From positions 1 to 47,488 of the forward strand of contig QZJL01000040.1 of NCBI GenBank assembly GCA_003599745.1: a DNA stretch of 47,488 bases, given 5' to 3'. Below the pieces are notes generated by a model. The model did no database searches, was not told the origin of the DNA, and saw only the letters and a list, made by a program, of their open reading frames with translations. Source of the stretch: Dehalococcoidia bacterium. GTDB taxonomy: Bacteria > Chloroflexota > Dehalococcoidia > Dehalococcoidales > SURF-40. Numbering within the stretch: the stretch's first letter is position 1; every line of letters begins with the position of its first letter. The translations under genes and the position numbers were made by a program. This document shows positions 19,419 to 28,663 of the stretch, piece by piece.

Positions 19419-19630
19419 CTAAGAAGTTGCCGTTATTTTGCCGTTATTTTTTCCCACCGGTAACACTTCGTCCAGTAGGCCATGGCATCTTCCTGCATAA
19501 CGTCTATTATATGGGAAGAATCGTCCATAGTAAAGGCGACTGAGCTATGGCCTAGTGCTTCCGAGATAACCTTAGGAGACGCACCGCGCAGTAACATTAA
19601 AGAGGCAAAGGTATGCCGCAGGTCGTTAAA
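19419..19630 (-). pseudogene. C-terminal remnant of a tyrosine recombinase/integrase
   Basis: My translation: FNDLRHTFASLMLLRGASPKVISEALGHSSVAFTMDDSSHII. It carries the (H)xLRH and LGH boxes; the first His is Asn and the catalytic Tyr position is Ser. A frameshift after 'DAMA' continues as LLDEVLPVGKNNGKITATS*. Confidence 0.88.
19427..19448. repeat. Perfect tandem 11-bp direct repeat TTGCCGTTATT x2, candidate integrase arm-type sites
   Basis: Copies at 19427-19437 and 19438-19448, about 24 bp from the tRNA 5' end. Confidence 0.6.
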
Positions 19631-19735
19631 CCAATTAGCGGCCCCGGCCGGGAGCTTTATCTCACCGACCCGAACAAGACGAAAAACCCGGAAGATAACG
19701 TCACCGAAATCCAGTTCCCGGTGAGGAAAGTCTGA
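19631..19735 (+). pseudogene. 3' remnant of a GyrI-like effector-binding domain gene (MerR/BmrR-type regulator tail)
   Basis: My translation: PISGPGRELYLTDPNKTKNPEDNVTEIQFPVRKV*, matching the 'GP.RE.Y..P......TEIQFPV' GyrI-like C-terminus; no start. Confidence 0.75.
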
Positions 19736-19745
19736 GCGGCAGGTC

Positions 19746-20216
19746 TTAAATGCCGGGGGTACAGCCCGGGGCGCGTATCACCAGGATGGGGGCGATGATG
19801 GAGCGCAGAAGCCGGTCGGCGACGCTGCCCCATACCCAGCGGCTTACCCCCGAGCGCCCGTGGGTGGCGATGACCACCAAGTCGGCGCTGTTTTTAGTGG
19901 CGAACTCGGCGAGGGCTTCGGCGGCCTTGCCGAAGACGACATAAGGCCTGGCATTTACGCCGGCCTTTGCCAGCCGGGTGGCGGTTTCCGCGAGGTATTT
20001 CTCGGCTTCGGCCTTGTTGTGGGCCTCAAAGGTTTTGAGCTGCTCGATGGACTCGACTTTGGCCGCTTCCCGGCCGTATGGTATGCTAATCGGCTCGACT
20101 GCCTGGACGAGCATTATCTCGGCAGATTTGTTTAACACGCCGATGGCTTCCACGTGGGCGAGCACGCATTCCGCGAGCTGTGAACCGTCCAGCGGCACCA
20201 TGATTTTGCGGTACAT
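19746..20216 (-). CDS. Universal stress protein
   Basis: MYRKIMVPLDGS, ADLVVIATHGRSG, WGSVADRLLR. Confidence 0.93.
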   Translation of the reverse strand: MYRKIMVPLDGSQLAECVLAHVEAIGVLNKSAEIMLVQAVEPISIPYGREAAKVESIEQLKTFEAHNKAEAEKYLAETATRLAKAGVNARPYVVFGKAAEALAEFATKNSADLVVIATHGRSGVSRWVWGSVADRLLRSIIAPILVIRAPGCTPGI

Positions 20217-20223
20217 CTTTCGG

Positions 20224-21177
20224 CTACTCCTTCTCTGGCTGGCTTTCAGGAATCGTGGATTCTGCCTCTTTCTTTTTAGGAAACAGAACCGAAGCCAGGA
20301 TAGAACCCACTATCAGGACGAGCACCACTCCCAGCGAAATTGAAACCGGCACGTGGTAAATATCAACGATGAGCATCTTTACGCCGACGAAGGCAAGGAC
20401 AATCGCCAGGCCATAAACCAGGTAACGGAAGAGGTAAAACAGCCCGGCCAGGGCGAAGAAAAGTGCCCGCAGCCCGAGTATGGCGAAGATGTTCGAGGTA
20501 TAGACGATGAGAGGGTCGAGGGTAATGCCGAATACCGCCGGTACCGAGTCAACCGCGAACATAACGTCCATCGTCTCAATCGCGAGCAGGGTGATAAAAA
20601 GGGGCGTGGCAAAGAGCAGGCCATTTTTCCGGGTGAAAAACTTGTTGCCGTCGTACTCCGTCGTGACCCGCATAAATTTACGGCAAAGCCGCACCACCGG
20701 GTTTTTCTCGGGGTTGACCTCCTTCTCTTTCTGGGCAATCAGCCGGTAGGCGGTATAGAGCAGGACGACCCCGAGTAGGTAGAGTAAGAAATGGAACCTT
20801 TCGACCAGGGCGATGCCGGCGAAGATGAAAATCCCGCGGAAGACGATGGCGCCGATGATACCCCAGAGGAGGACTTTACGTTGGGCTTCCCGGGGCACGG
20901 CGAAGTAGGTGAAAAGCGCGAGGAACACGAACATGTTGTCTACGCTAAGGGAATACTCTATCAGGTAGGCGGTTAAAAACTCGAAGCCCTTCTGTGTGCC
21001 CTGTGTGAGATAGACGATGGCGTTAAAGATGAGGGCGAGCGAGACCCAGAACCCGACGAGTTTGAGAGCTTCTTTAAGGGGGATGATGTGGGCTTTACGC
21101 TGGAAGACGAATAAGTCGAGGGAAAGCGCCGCCACGAAGATAACGATAAAAACTATCCAGAGGTAATTTTCTGGCAT
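20224..21177 (-). CDS. TerC/Alx-family metal homeostasis membrane protein
   Basis: YLIEYSLSVDNMFVF, ETMDVMFAVDSVPAV, YTSNIFAILGLRALFF. Start set at ATG 21177. Confidence 0.93.
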   Translation of the reverse strand: MPENYLWIVFIVIFVAALSLDLFVFQRKAHIIPLKEALKLVGFWVSLALIFNAIVYLTQGTQKGFEFLTAYLIEYSLSVDNMFVFLALFTYFAVPREAQRKVLLWGIIGAIVFRGIFIFAGIALVERFHFLLYLLGVVLLYTAYRLIAQKEKEVNPEKNPVVRLCRKFMRVTTEYDGNKFFTRKNGLLFATPLFITLLAIETMDVMFAVDSVPAVFGITLDPLIVYTSNIFAILGLRALFFALAGLFYLFRYLVYGLAIVLAFVGVKMLIVDIYHVPVSISLGVVLVLIVGSILASVLFPKKKEAESTIPESQPEKE

Positions 21178-21221
21178 GATGACGGTTTGTTTACCTTTTC
21201 CTGCGCAAATGTACCAAGATA

Positions 21222-21250
21222 ATGATAGCGTTTCCGCACGCATAAATCAA
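21222..21250 (-). promoter_or_regulatory. Sigma70-type promoter for terC-usp
   Basis: TTGATT (21250-21245), 17-nt spacer, TATCAT (21227-21222). Confidence 0.6.
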
Positions 21251-21420
21251 GTCTGCGTTAGAGGGCTTGGTTTGATGAATGTGAAGATAATCGCCGCAAC
21301 TGCCGCCAGCTCCAGTACCGCCAGGGTTATGGTGAGGGTTTTGTGCCACCATTCCTTTTTCGAACGGTCATTATGTATGTCACTGTGTTATCGAGCAAGT
21401 GAGGTGTTAAATGTACGAGG

Positions 21421-22476
21421 TTATTGCACTCTACCGAAAATAATTCTGTCCAGAGCCGCAAATGCCTGGCTCCGTAACACCTCATTCGGATTTCCTTCCG
21501 GATAAGGCTCAAGGCATCTTTCGAGAGCGTCCTTAAAGGAACTGCTTGAGTTTATGTCTACAACGATACAATACGGTTGTACCTCAACTGGTAATCTCTG
21601 ATAAAGCTTTCTCGTCACCAGCACGTAGCATTTATAATAAATCGCGTCCAGCAGTTTGGTCTTAAATCCCATTCCGTAATCGGATAGAAGGGCGATGGCA
21701 CGTGATTCTGCGAGGATTCTGAGTGGCGTTTCCAGAAAACCAGTACGCTTAACGCGCTCAGGGAGCTTGATAAGGTTTTCCGGGAAATCTCCGGTTATGC
21801 AAAATCCCCATTCGGGGCATTGGTCTTCCAACTTCTCAACCGACTTTGAAAATCCTCGGGCTGCGTCTATCAGGAATGGCAGAAAACCCTGTGCGGTGGA
21901 CATCAGGCAAACGCACTGCGCCTTTTTCTCTAGCTGAAGCGGGATTCCCTCACTATATGAGCTGGGCAGGAAGTACGGTACGGTCACGATTTTGGAAAGT
22001 TTTGTGAAGTATTTCCAGTAGTTGTTTTTTTCCCACTCGGTGATGCTGAGAATGAAATCTGACCTCCGGGCACACAAATAATCGAGCCGCAGATTTATCA
22101 AGCTGATGGCGAGATAGAGTGGTATTTTGCCGTAATTGCTCGATTTCAGACTTGCGAAAACGTAATGTAGCGAGTGGTAAAAATCCGCATTATGGGAACG
22201 GGTCAATAACCTGAGATGGGGATATTTCCGGCGTAAAAAATTTAGCGATTTTGGGTAAATAGGGTATTCGAAAAAAGCTGCCGAATACTGCCCGAGTTCC
22301 AGATTTTGAAGATTTTCCAGCAGGAAAGCGTCGGAACGGTGCTCCACAATCAGCTCATCAAACGCGATACCTTGTGTCTTGAAATATTCCGTCCGGCACC
22401 TTATTTCTTTGGTGCTTCCCAAATACAGGTGTCGCGGATTTACCGCGCTGTCAGGAATGATATGAATTACCTTCAC
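21421..22476 (-). CDS. Putative GT-B (GT4-like) glycosyltransferase
   Basis: SD GGAGG plus GTG; 'RSHN', 'GMGFKTKLLDA' resembling the GT4 G.G.K.K.lEA motif; last gene of the glycan cluster. Confidence 0.55.
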   Translation of the reverse strand: MKVIHIIPDSAVNPRHLYLGSTKEIRCRTEYFKTQGIAFDELIVEHRSDAFLLENLQNLELGQYSAAFFEYPIYPKSLNFLRRKYPHLRLLTRSHNADFYHSLHYVFASLKSSNYGKIPLYLAISLINLRLDYLCARRSDFILSITEWEKNNYWKYFTKLSKIVTVPYFLPSSYSEGIPLQLEKKAQCVCLMSTAQGFLPFLIDAARGFSKSVEKLEDQCPEWGFCITGDFPENLIKLPERVKRTGFLETPLRILAESRAIALLSDYGMGFKTKLLDAIYYKCYVLVTRKLYQRLPVEVQPYCIVVDINSSSSFKDALERCLEPYPEGNPNEVLRSQAFAALDRIIFGRVQ

Positions 22477-22640
22477 AGTTACCTCCGGGTATTACGTGTC
22501 CTATATAGGTAAAGCAATGCCATCAGCTACAAATGTGAAACATACCCCACCTACCGCCCGATTGACAGGCTATCGACCCAGCCGCTTACCACATGATCAA
22601 GCGTATTTCTTCGAATGTGTGCAGGACCGTGAACTCAGAA

Positions 22641-23450
22641 TCATTGATAACGCCCTTTCGTTTTTCGAAGAGCAATAAATGCAAATGTAAATTCTCGGTC
22701 TACTCGATCCCAGCGTACGGCACGTTCGGTCGTATCTAAGTTCAATGGGCTGCAGAGAGTCAGGCCATTCCTCTCCGCAACCTGACAAAACCCCTCGATT
22801 TCGTGGCGTTGAAATACTTTCATTCGACCCATTTGGCTGCCATATGGATAAATACCGTTGCAATCAATGGGCTCCGACCAATAATCAGTGGATGTTAGCA
22901 ATAGTCCGCCCGGTCGCAGAATCCTTGACATTTCTTTCACATAGGCGTCAATAGGGACGCCATGTTCAATGACCGAAATAGCGGTGATCGCCTGGAAAAA
23001 AGAAGCCGGGTAGTTAGTTTGAGTCAGGTCTTGCACACTAAAGCGAATTTTTTGCTGCGGATACTTACCAGGATCTATGGGGCGAATATCACATGCATAA
23101 AGTTTCTGGTACCCCAGCTTCGATAACCATTTCAAAATCACACTATTGATGCCACTCCCCACATCAACAACGGGTAACTCGCGACTACTTAACATCAGAA
23201 CATAATAAAGTGACTTTAATGTATCCCAATTCTTTTGTTGGTCATGGTGGGATGGCAAGCCCAGCCAATGTGCCACAGTTGACGCGGCCATGATTTCCGC
23301 CCGTGATTGTAGCGCGCCACAATCACCAAGTCTCCCCATAAACTGTAAAATCTCACGATATTGAAACATGTTGAGAGGATGCTTGTAGACATTGTTTAGA
23401 CTAGACGTCCTGTCTATTATTTGGGCCAGCATCTTCTGTAGTAATTCCAT
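22641..23450 (-). CDS. Class I SAM-dependent methyltransferase
   Basis: VVDVGSG, ISVIEHG, RILRPGGLL. Confidence 0.85.
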   Translation of the reverse strand: MELLQKMLAQIIDRTSSLNNVYKHPLNMFQYREILQFMGRLGDCGALQSRAEIMAASTVAHWLGLPSHHDQQKNWDTLKSLYYVLMLSSRELPVVDVGSGINSVILKWLSKLGYQKLYACDIRPIDPGKYPQQKIRFSVQDLTQTNYPASFFQAITAISVIEHGVPIDAYVKEMSRILRPGGLLLTSTDYWSEPIDCNGIYPYGSQMGRMKVFQRHEIEGFCQVAERNGLTLCSPLNLDTTERAVRWDRVDREFTFAFIALRKTKGRYQ

Positions 23451-23485
23451 AGCTATGACTTCTCCATTACCTTTTAGCCATCCTA

Positions 23486-24610
23486 TTACACACTATCGAT
23501 GGGACAATCAGGTTTAATCCAGTCGCGCAGGCGCTGTGACTCAATCTCAAGAGCACGGAATTCGGTTTGCCATTCGCATTCATCAGAATGAGATGCCTTT
23601 ACCTGCTCTATCGAAGACGCAATCTCCTCTGCGTTACTTTCCAGCGGGATGACGTTATTCGGATTTCCGAACTTGGCGGCGGTTATTTCTAGCTTGGGTG
23701 CGATGCGAAGGGAAATCGTCGGCACGCCTGAAAGCAGACCAAGTATGACGCCGTGCGCCCGCATACTTGCCAGTACACTGAAACTGGTTAGATACCGGCA
23801 GAACTCCGGAATAAAACCCGTTTCGGCTTCCCAGCTTCGAACATGTTCTCCATGGCTCTCAATCTTGCGGGTTGCTTCCAAATCGTATTTGCTCTGCAGG
23901 GAGATGAATTCTACTTGCCACCCTTTGCTGTGAAGTATTTTAGCCGCTGCAAGGAGTTCGTCGATTAGACCGCTGATATCGGGCACCCGTGGCCAGCGGC
24001 GAAACACAATCCCCACGGTTTTTAGGTTGTGCCGGTTCGCTTGGCAAAAAGTGTTTGCCAGTCTGATTGAAGGGTCGGTAGCAACCCTGACATTGTTTAT
24101 CTTCAGTTTGTTGAGAATTTCTTTTGAGACGTCATCACGCACGCTGATTTCATTAAAATGGGAGAACAATTCGCGCGTTACCCAGCGCGCCCCAAAACCT
24201 TCTAGTGGGCCGACTCCGATGCAGAATGCGTAGGTGTTCATCCGCTTCCACCCCAAGCTGCCGAGCATTCTCCAGTAGCGGAAGGCGGGGCAGTATAAAA
24301 AGCCCCAGAGATTTCGGAAATTAACTGGCGGGAACGAAAAAAACTGCCCGCCGCCACCGAATATTACCTTCTTTAAATCATTGTTTGAAGGGCAGAGTAT
24401 TTGTTCAGCCGGCTGGCATCTTATACCCGGAAACCACCGCTCAAGGTAACTTCCTTCGGGTGCGCTGACAACAACCCTGTCGAGAGAGACCGTCTGGTGT
24501 ATTAGTTCAAGAATGTAAGACGACAGCAAATCATCACCGAAATTCCCCTGGCCGAAGTATCCGATAACGGCTATATCCCGTCGCTCGCTGCCGGTCCCGA
24601 TGGCTTTCAT
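23486..24610 (-). CDS. Polysaccharide pyruvyl transferase family protein (CsaB/WcaK-like)
   Basis: GYFGQGNFGDD, FGGGG, GVGP, SVRD, DP, MRAHG. Confidence 0.88.
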   Translation of the reverse strand: MKAIGTGSERRDIAVIGYFGQGNFGDDLLSSYILELIHQTVSLDRVVVSAPEGSYLERWFPGIRCQPAEQILCPSNNDLKKVIFGGGGQFFSFPPVNFRNLWGFLYCPAFRYWRMLGSLGWKRMNTYAFCIGVGPLEGFGARWVTRELFSHFNEISVRDDVSKEILNKLKINNVRVATDPSIRLANTFCQANRHNLKTVGIVFRRWPRVPDISGLIDELLAAAKILHSKGWQVEFISLQSKYDLEATRKIESHGEHVRSWEAETGFIPEFCRYLTSFSVLASMRAHGVILGLLSGVPTISLRIAPKLEITAAKFGNPNNVIPLESNAEEIASSIEQVKASHSDECEWQTEFRALEIESQRLRDWIKPDCPIDSV

Positions 24611-26283
24611 TGAGAGGCCTCCGTAACAGGGTCGTAGGTAAAATCGGCGCCGTTTAGAATCCCGTCGCAGATTACATCCAGCCCCGGATAATGCCCCCGC
24701 GATAAGTCTTTTATGCTGGAGATTCCTAATCCGAAATAGATGCCTTTCCCCGGTGTTATGAAAGGCATGGGAATCATGCGCCTGGAAAAGAAATGGTAAG
24801 CATATTTCCGTGCGCGCTCGAGTTTTTCCGCACTGAGACCGGTCGCAAACGGCAACTCCTCCAGTATCCGGAAATATGCCGACGGTGAGGAAGCATCAAT
24901 CGAAAAACCCTTATTGCGTATCCAGGCCTCACCGGCAACAATTACCGGGATACCCATGCTCGAAACTTCGATGCCCATCTTGGTGTTGTAGATGATGGCG
25001 GCGTTACATTTTGACACCACGGCATAACTGCTAATCTGGCTCTCGGGAGGAATTACAAACACGTTAGGTGGTAAAACCGGAAACTCTCTTTTGATTTCGG
25101 CAACCAGCGGCTGCCGCGAGGGATTAAAGCCCCGCACCTCAGCGGGGTGCACCCGGATAACCAGTTGTAACCCGGGCCGTTTTGCGAAATTGGCAATTGT
25201 CTGAAGCACCCAATCCAGCATACTGGGGAAGGCGTTGGAAGCGTAATGTAGCCTTGCGTCCCACATCACGCTGGTCAACATCGCAACCGTCGGGCGGTTA
25301 AAATCAATGCCAGTCTCCCTCTGAATTTCGTCGGTATTTTCCTGTGGCCTGTCGTGGAACCATATCCAGTCCTGTGTTCCCTGCCAGCGGCTTTTCAGAT
25401 ACTCTAGAATCTCCTTTTCGGTTTCAGAATTCCAGGGGATGTTTTCCCATTCGGCAACAGGTTCGGAGACCATCGTGTGATGGTAGGTATCTCCATGGCT
25501 AAAGATGAAACACTGCTTGCGGTAAGCCGAGCACCAGTTGACCACCCTGACACCGTTTTGCCGGCATACCTCGCCAATCAAGCCCTGCGGTACGTAAATC
25601 CCGTGGTTGAAGCAGGCGACATCATAACGGGTTCGTTTCAGCAGGTTCTGTAGTGAATATACCGTGAGCACCGACGCTTCTAGATAGCGCCGCAGCACCA
25701 CTTCGCTCGTCGGGCTGTTTTCCAGGTCGCTCCGGGCGAAGTATCTCAGGTCGCCGGCCAGGGCATGCTCGCCCACCGCCAGATTATTCAGGCGAAACTC
25801 GCCGATTTGCTCTGGAGGAATGCTTGCCGCGATACGCCGCGCCTCATCAGCCTCCTCCGCCGTAACCAGCTGTCCGTACCAGTGTATAGGCAGGCCGAGT
25901 GGCTTGAATAATTTCTTCCCCTCCCACTGGCACGAATCGCAACGTTTCTGGGGGGTTTGCCGGACCAGTTGCTCTGGAGGAGTGACAGCGAAATCTGTCA
26001 ACTGGCAAGCTGGCAGGAAACTATCGCATAACAGCACGTCCACCGAAGCTCCGCGTAAAGTCAACGCTGCCGCCAGCGCACTCTCCACTAGGGCGCCGCG
26101 CTGGTAGCCTCCCATACTGGTCGCAATCAAGACGCGCTGGCCGGCCCTGGCAGTCTGCTTGGCCGCTTGCCAGTAAGCTGATTCACTACGTATCAGCGAA
26201 GCCCAAATTGAGACTTCGCTCTTGATACCCAGCCGGCTGAAGACGCTCCGCTTGATATGCGAAAGAGGTTCAAGAAGGTTCAT
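24607..26283 (-). CDS. Capsule-biosynthesis (KpsS/KpsC-like) protein, candidate ulosonic-acid transferase, with a Cys-rich N-terminal domain
   Basis: HGIYVPQG, WDA, IRVHPAE (HP motif), TKMGIE...G.PVIVAGEAW; N-terminal CDSFLPAC...CDSC. Confidence 0.7.
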   Translation of the reverse strand: MNLLEPLSHIKRSVFSRLGIKSEVSIWASLIRSESAYWQAAKQTARAGQRVLIATSMGGYQRGALVESALAAALTLRGASVDVLLCDSFLPACQLTDFAVTPPEQLVRQTPQKRCDSCQWEGKKLFKPLGLPIHWYGQLVTAEEADEARRIAASIPPEQIGEFRLNNLAVGEHALAGDLRYFARSDLENSPTSEVVLRRYLEASVLTVYSLQNLLKRTRYDVACFNHGIYVPQGLIGEVCRQNGVRVVNWCSAYRKQCFIFSHGDTYHHTMVSEPVAEWENIPWNSETEKEILEYLKSRWQGTQDWIWFHDRPQENTDEIQRETGIDFNRPTVAMLTSVMWDARLHYASNAFPSMLDWVLQTIANFAKRPGLQLVIRVHPAEVRGFNPSRQPLVAEIKREFPVLPPNVFVIPPESQISSYAVVSKCNAAIIYNTKMGIEVSSMGIPVIVAGEAWIRNKGFSIDASSPSAYFRILEELPFATGLSAEKLERARKYAYHFFSRRMIPMPFITPGKGIYFGLGISSIKDLSRGHYPGLDVICDGILNGADFTYDPVTEASQ

Positions 26284-27212
26284 GATTTACTTCGCTTCAT
26301 TTTCAGGCTTTTCAGGAACAGCCGGATTTCTTCTTTTAAAAAATGTCTTTCGTCCACCAGATGCATATAGGCCATATACGGTCCCAGGTGAGCGTTGGCG
26401 TAGCTGTTGCTCGGGGGCCGTATGCTCAGATGATAAATAAGACCGAGCGCGTGGCCGATGATGGGGAAGCGCGAATACCATGGTGGTTTCCCGTCAAAAA
26501 GGAGGGACTGTTGGCGCTTTATAGCTTGCTCGTGGTCTGGTGATACTCCGCCACCGGGCTTGGGCAGGCTCCCCGGATAGCGTCTGTACCACAGTTCACG
26601 GGGGATTTGCTTGAAGGTGCCATATACCGACGCCTCGAGCAGGAGCAACCGGTCGGGTGCGGTGAAGTCAGGGTAAACACCGCATTTGGCGATAACGCTT
26701 GACCGAAAAAGGCCATAGACCATGTTGCCGGCGCCGGACATTCTCGTACAGGCTGCCCGGATTCGTTCCATCTTGCTTAAGCCGACAGTTTCATACCGCG
26801 GCCAGCGCATCGGAAGTAATTCATCATTTGCCGAGATAGCCACTGCTATGGGATAGGCCAGTACCACCTCGGGGTCTTCATCAAGCGCACTTACCAGGGA
26901 CTGGATCCACTCGGGATGCCAAACGTCATGGTCTCCGGCCCAGGCAAAGTACCGTCCGCGTCTTTTTTCGTACACGGTGCGGAAATTCCGGCACATTCCC
27001 AGGTTGCGCTCGTTGTGATAAACCCTTATGCGCTTATCCCTGGCGGCATACTCCTGGCATATTTCCAAGGTGGCGTCAGTTGAAGCATTGTCGGAAATAA
27101 CAATCTCAAAATCCTGGAAAGTCTGGGCCAGCAGTGAGTCCAGCGCTTTCCGGATGTACTTTTCGCCGTTAAATACCGGCATCCCGATGGTAACGAGGGG
27201 GGAACTATTCAC
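26280..27212 (-). CDS. GT2 family glycosyltransferase
   Basis: VTIGMPVFNGE, ISDNASTD, NLG...NF, WAGDHD. Confidence 0.9.
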   Translation of the reverse strand: MNSSPLVTIGMPVFNGEKYIRKALDSLLAQTFQDFEIVISDNASTDATLEICQEYAARDKRIRVYHNERNLGMCRNFRTVYEKRRGRYFAWAGDHDVWHPEWIQSLVSALDEDPEVVLAYPIAVAISANDELLPMRWPRYETVGLSKMERIRAACTRMSGAGNMVYGLFRSSVIAKCGVYPDFTAPDRLLLLEASVYGTFKQIPRELWYRRYPGSLPKPGGGVSPDHEQAIKRQQSLLFDGKPPWYSRFPIIGHALGLIYHLSIRPPSNSYANAHLGPYMAYMHLVDERHFLKEEIRLFLKSLKMKRSKS

Positions 27213-28146
27213 CGCGGGCTCCCTGCTCCGAGCTTTGTAAACGTTCTCGCCACCACTCGATAGTGTTTCTCAACCCCTTTTCCAGGTCATAATGAGGAAC
27301 CCAGTCCGTGTTATTTTTTAACCGGCGGTTATCGGCGCAAATGAACATCGGGTCTTTGGCACTATACGGGATGGCACCAAGCAATATCAACTCAGGATGA
27401 CCCAATATGGTGCCTATTCTTGTGACAACGTCTCTCACAGCAACCGGCCGGCCTGAACCGATGTTGACGGGTCCGGTAAGGCGGCTATTGGCGATGGCCC
27501 ATATAGCTGATGCCACGTCTTCGACATGCAAATAGTCCCTGATTTGCTCTCCTTTGGTGGTCTTAATTTCCTGGTTACGTAAAAGCGAGCTTATAATGGA
27601 AGGGACTAAACGCCTTTCATCCTCGAAAGGCCCATACTGGTAGAAGAGGCGGGGCCAGGTAACCTCCATCCCGCTGGTTTCGCCGAAGTGTTGCAGAACC
27701 ATTTGCAGCGCCAGTTTGCTGGCAGCGTAGAGGCTTTCCGGTCTGGTCGGACTGGTCTCGGAAAGCCGTCCTTTGCTGGTGTCATACTCAAAACATGTTC
27801 CCACCCCGACAAAACGCCGGCAACCCGCTTCCCTTAAAGAAGACGCCAGGTGCAGACTGGCAGCCAGGAGGGTCATATTATCCTCGGCACCGAGGTATTT
27901 CCCGGGAACAGCATACCACGCCAGGTGAATGCACATCTCCGGCTTAATCTTTTGTAAGTGGGCATCCAACTTGTCGAATGCCAAGAGATTACATCGCACT
28001 AGATGCAGTTTTTGGATAATGTCCTTGATTCGCCAGGGGTCGCTATTTTCCCGCACCAGGGCAAAGACTTCACAGCCCTCGCGCACCAGGAGCCTGGCAA
28101 GGTGCGAACCGATAAAACCGGTGGCACCGGTTAAAAAAACTCTCAT
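27205..28146 (-). CDS. NAD(P)-dependent nucleotide-sugar 4-ketoreductase/epimerase (extended SDR; CDP-abequose/paratose synthase-like)
   Basis: TGATGFIG, HLAW, GTCFEY, YAASK, YGP.E, RDYLHVEDVA. Confidence 0.8.
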   Translation of the reverse strand: MRVFLTGATGFIGSHLARLLVREGCEVFALVRENSDPWRIKDIIQKLHLVRCNLLAFDKLDAHLQKIKPEMCIHLAWYAVPGKYLGAEDNMTLLAASLHLASSLREAGCRRFVGVGTCFEYDTSKGRLSETSPTRPESLYAASKLALQMVLQHFGETSGMEVTWPRLFYQYGPFEDERRLVPSIISSLLRNQEIKTTKGEQIRDYLHVEDVASAIWAIANSRLTGPVNIGSGRPVAVRDVVTRIGTILGHPELILLGAIPYSAKDPMFICADNRRLKNNTDWVPHYDLEKGLRNTIEWWRERLQSSEQGARGE

Positions 28147-28159
28147 CCACCCCTACCCC

Positions 28160-28663
28160 TCAACTATGTTTCACCGCCCAGTCATACGGGATATGATTTT
28201 TTAACGGGTCAAGTCGCATGCTGCGCAAGGGGTCATGCACATGCGTGCAACAATTGGCTACCATTGCGTAGGGTTCGCTCATTCCCTTGAACCCGTTCCA
28301 TACTTCCGGGGGAATTACAACCAGCGAGTAGCTGTCCTGACCGAGAAAAATCTCCACCAGCGACCCTTTGGTTGGGGATTCTTTGCGCTCGTCGTAGAGC
28401 ACCAGCTTGATGCGCCCGAAGATGCAGGCATAGCTTAGCGTCATCTCGCGGTGCTGGTGCCACCCCTTTATCACATCCTTATAGATGGTTGAGAAGTAGA
28501 TTTCACCGAACTTTTGAAAATGACTGTCCGTTGCCCTTAACATGTGGAAAATGGTTCCTCGCTCATCGGGGATGCGTCGCAGGGGGATGACTTTCACCCC
28601 TTCGATTAGACGGTCGCCGCTGAGTATTTTCACACCGTCGGTTATATTCACATTTGAACTCAT
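28160..28663 (-). CDS. RmlC-like NDP-4-keto-6-deoxyhexose 3,5-epimerase (cupin)
   Basis: IPDERG, KGWHQH, IPPEVWNGF, IPYDW. Confidence 0.85.
   Translation of the reverse strand: MSSNVNITDGVKILSGDRLIEGVKVIPLRRIPDERGTIFHMLRATDSHFQKFGEIYFSTIYKDVIKGWHQHREMTLSYACIFGRIKLVLYDERKESPTKGSLVEIFLGQDSYSLVVIPPEVWNGFKGMSEPYAMVANCCTHVHDPLRSMRLDPLKNHIPYDWAVKHS

Noticed and set aside
21178-21330. yybP-ykoY (Mn2+) riboswitch expected upstream of terC/alx
   Set aside because: The conserved riboswitch motifs are not visible, and the predicted promoter leaves only about 40 nt of leader.
22547-22558. ops-like GGCGGTAG (minus strand) in an intergenic gap of the glycan operon
   Set aside because: It lacks the nnTG continuation, sits near the end rather than the start of the operon, and an 8-mer can occur by chance.
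22597-22644. 15-aa ORF MILSSRSCTHSKKYA overlapping the methyltransferase stop (ATGA)
   Set aside because: Too short and not coupled to the next gene; no supporting evidence.
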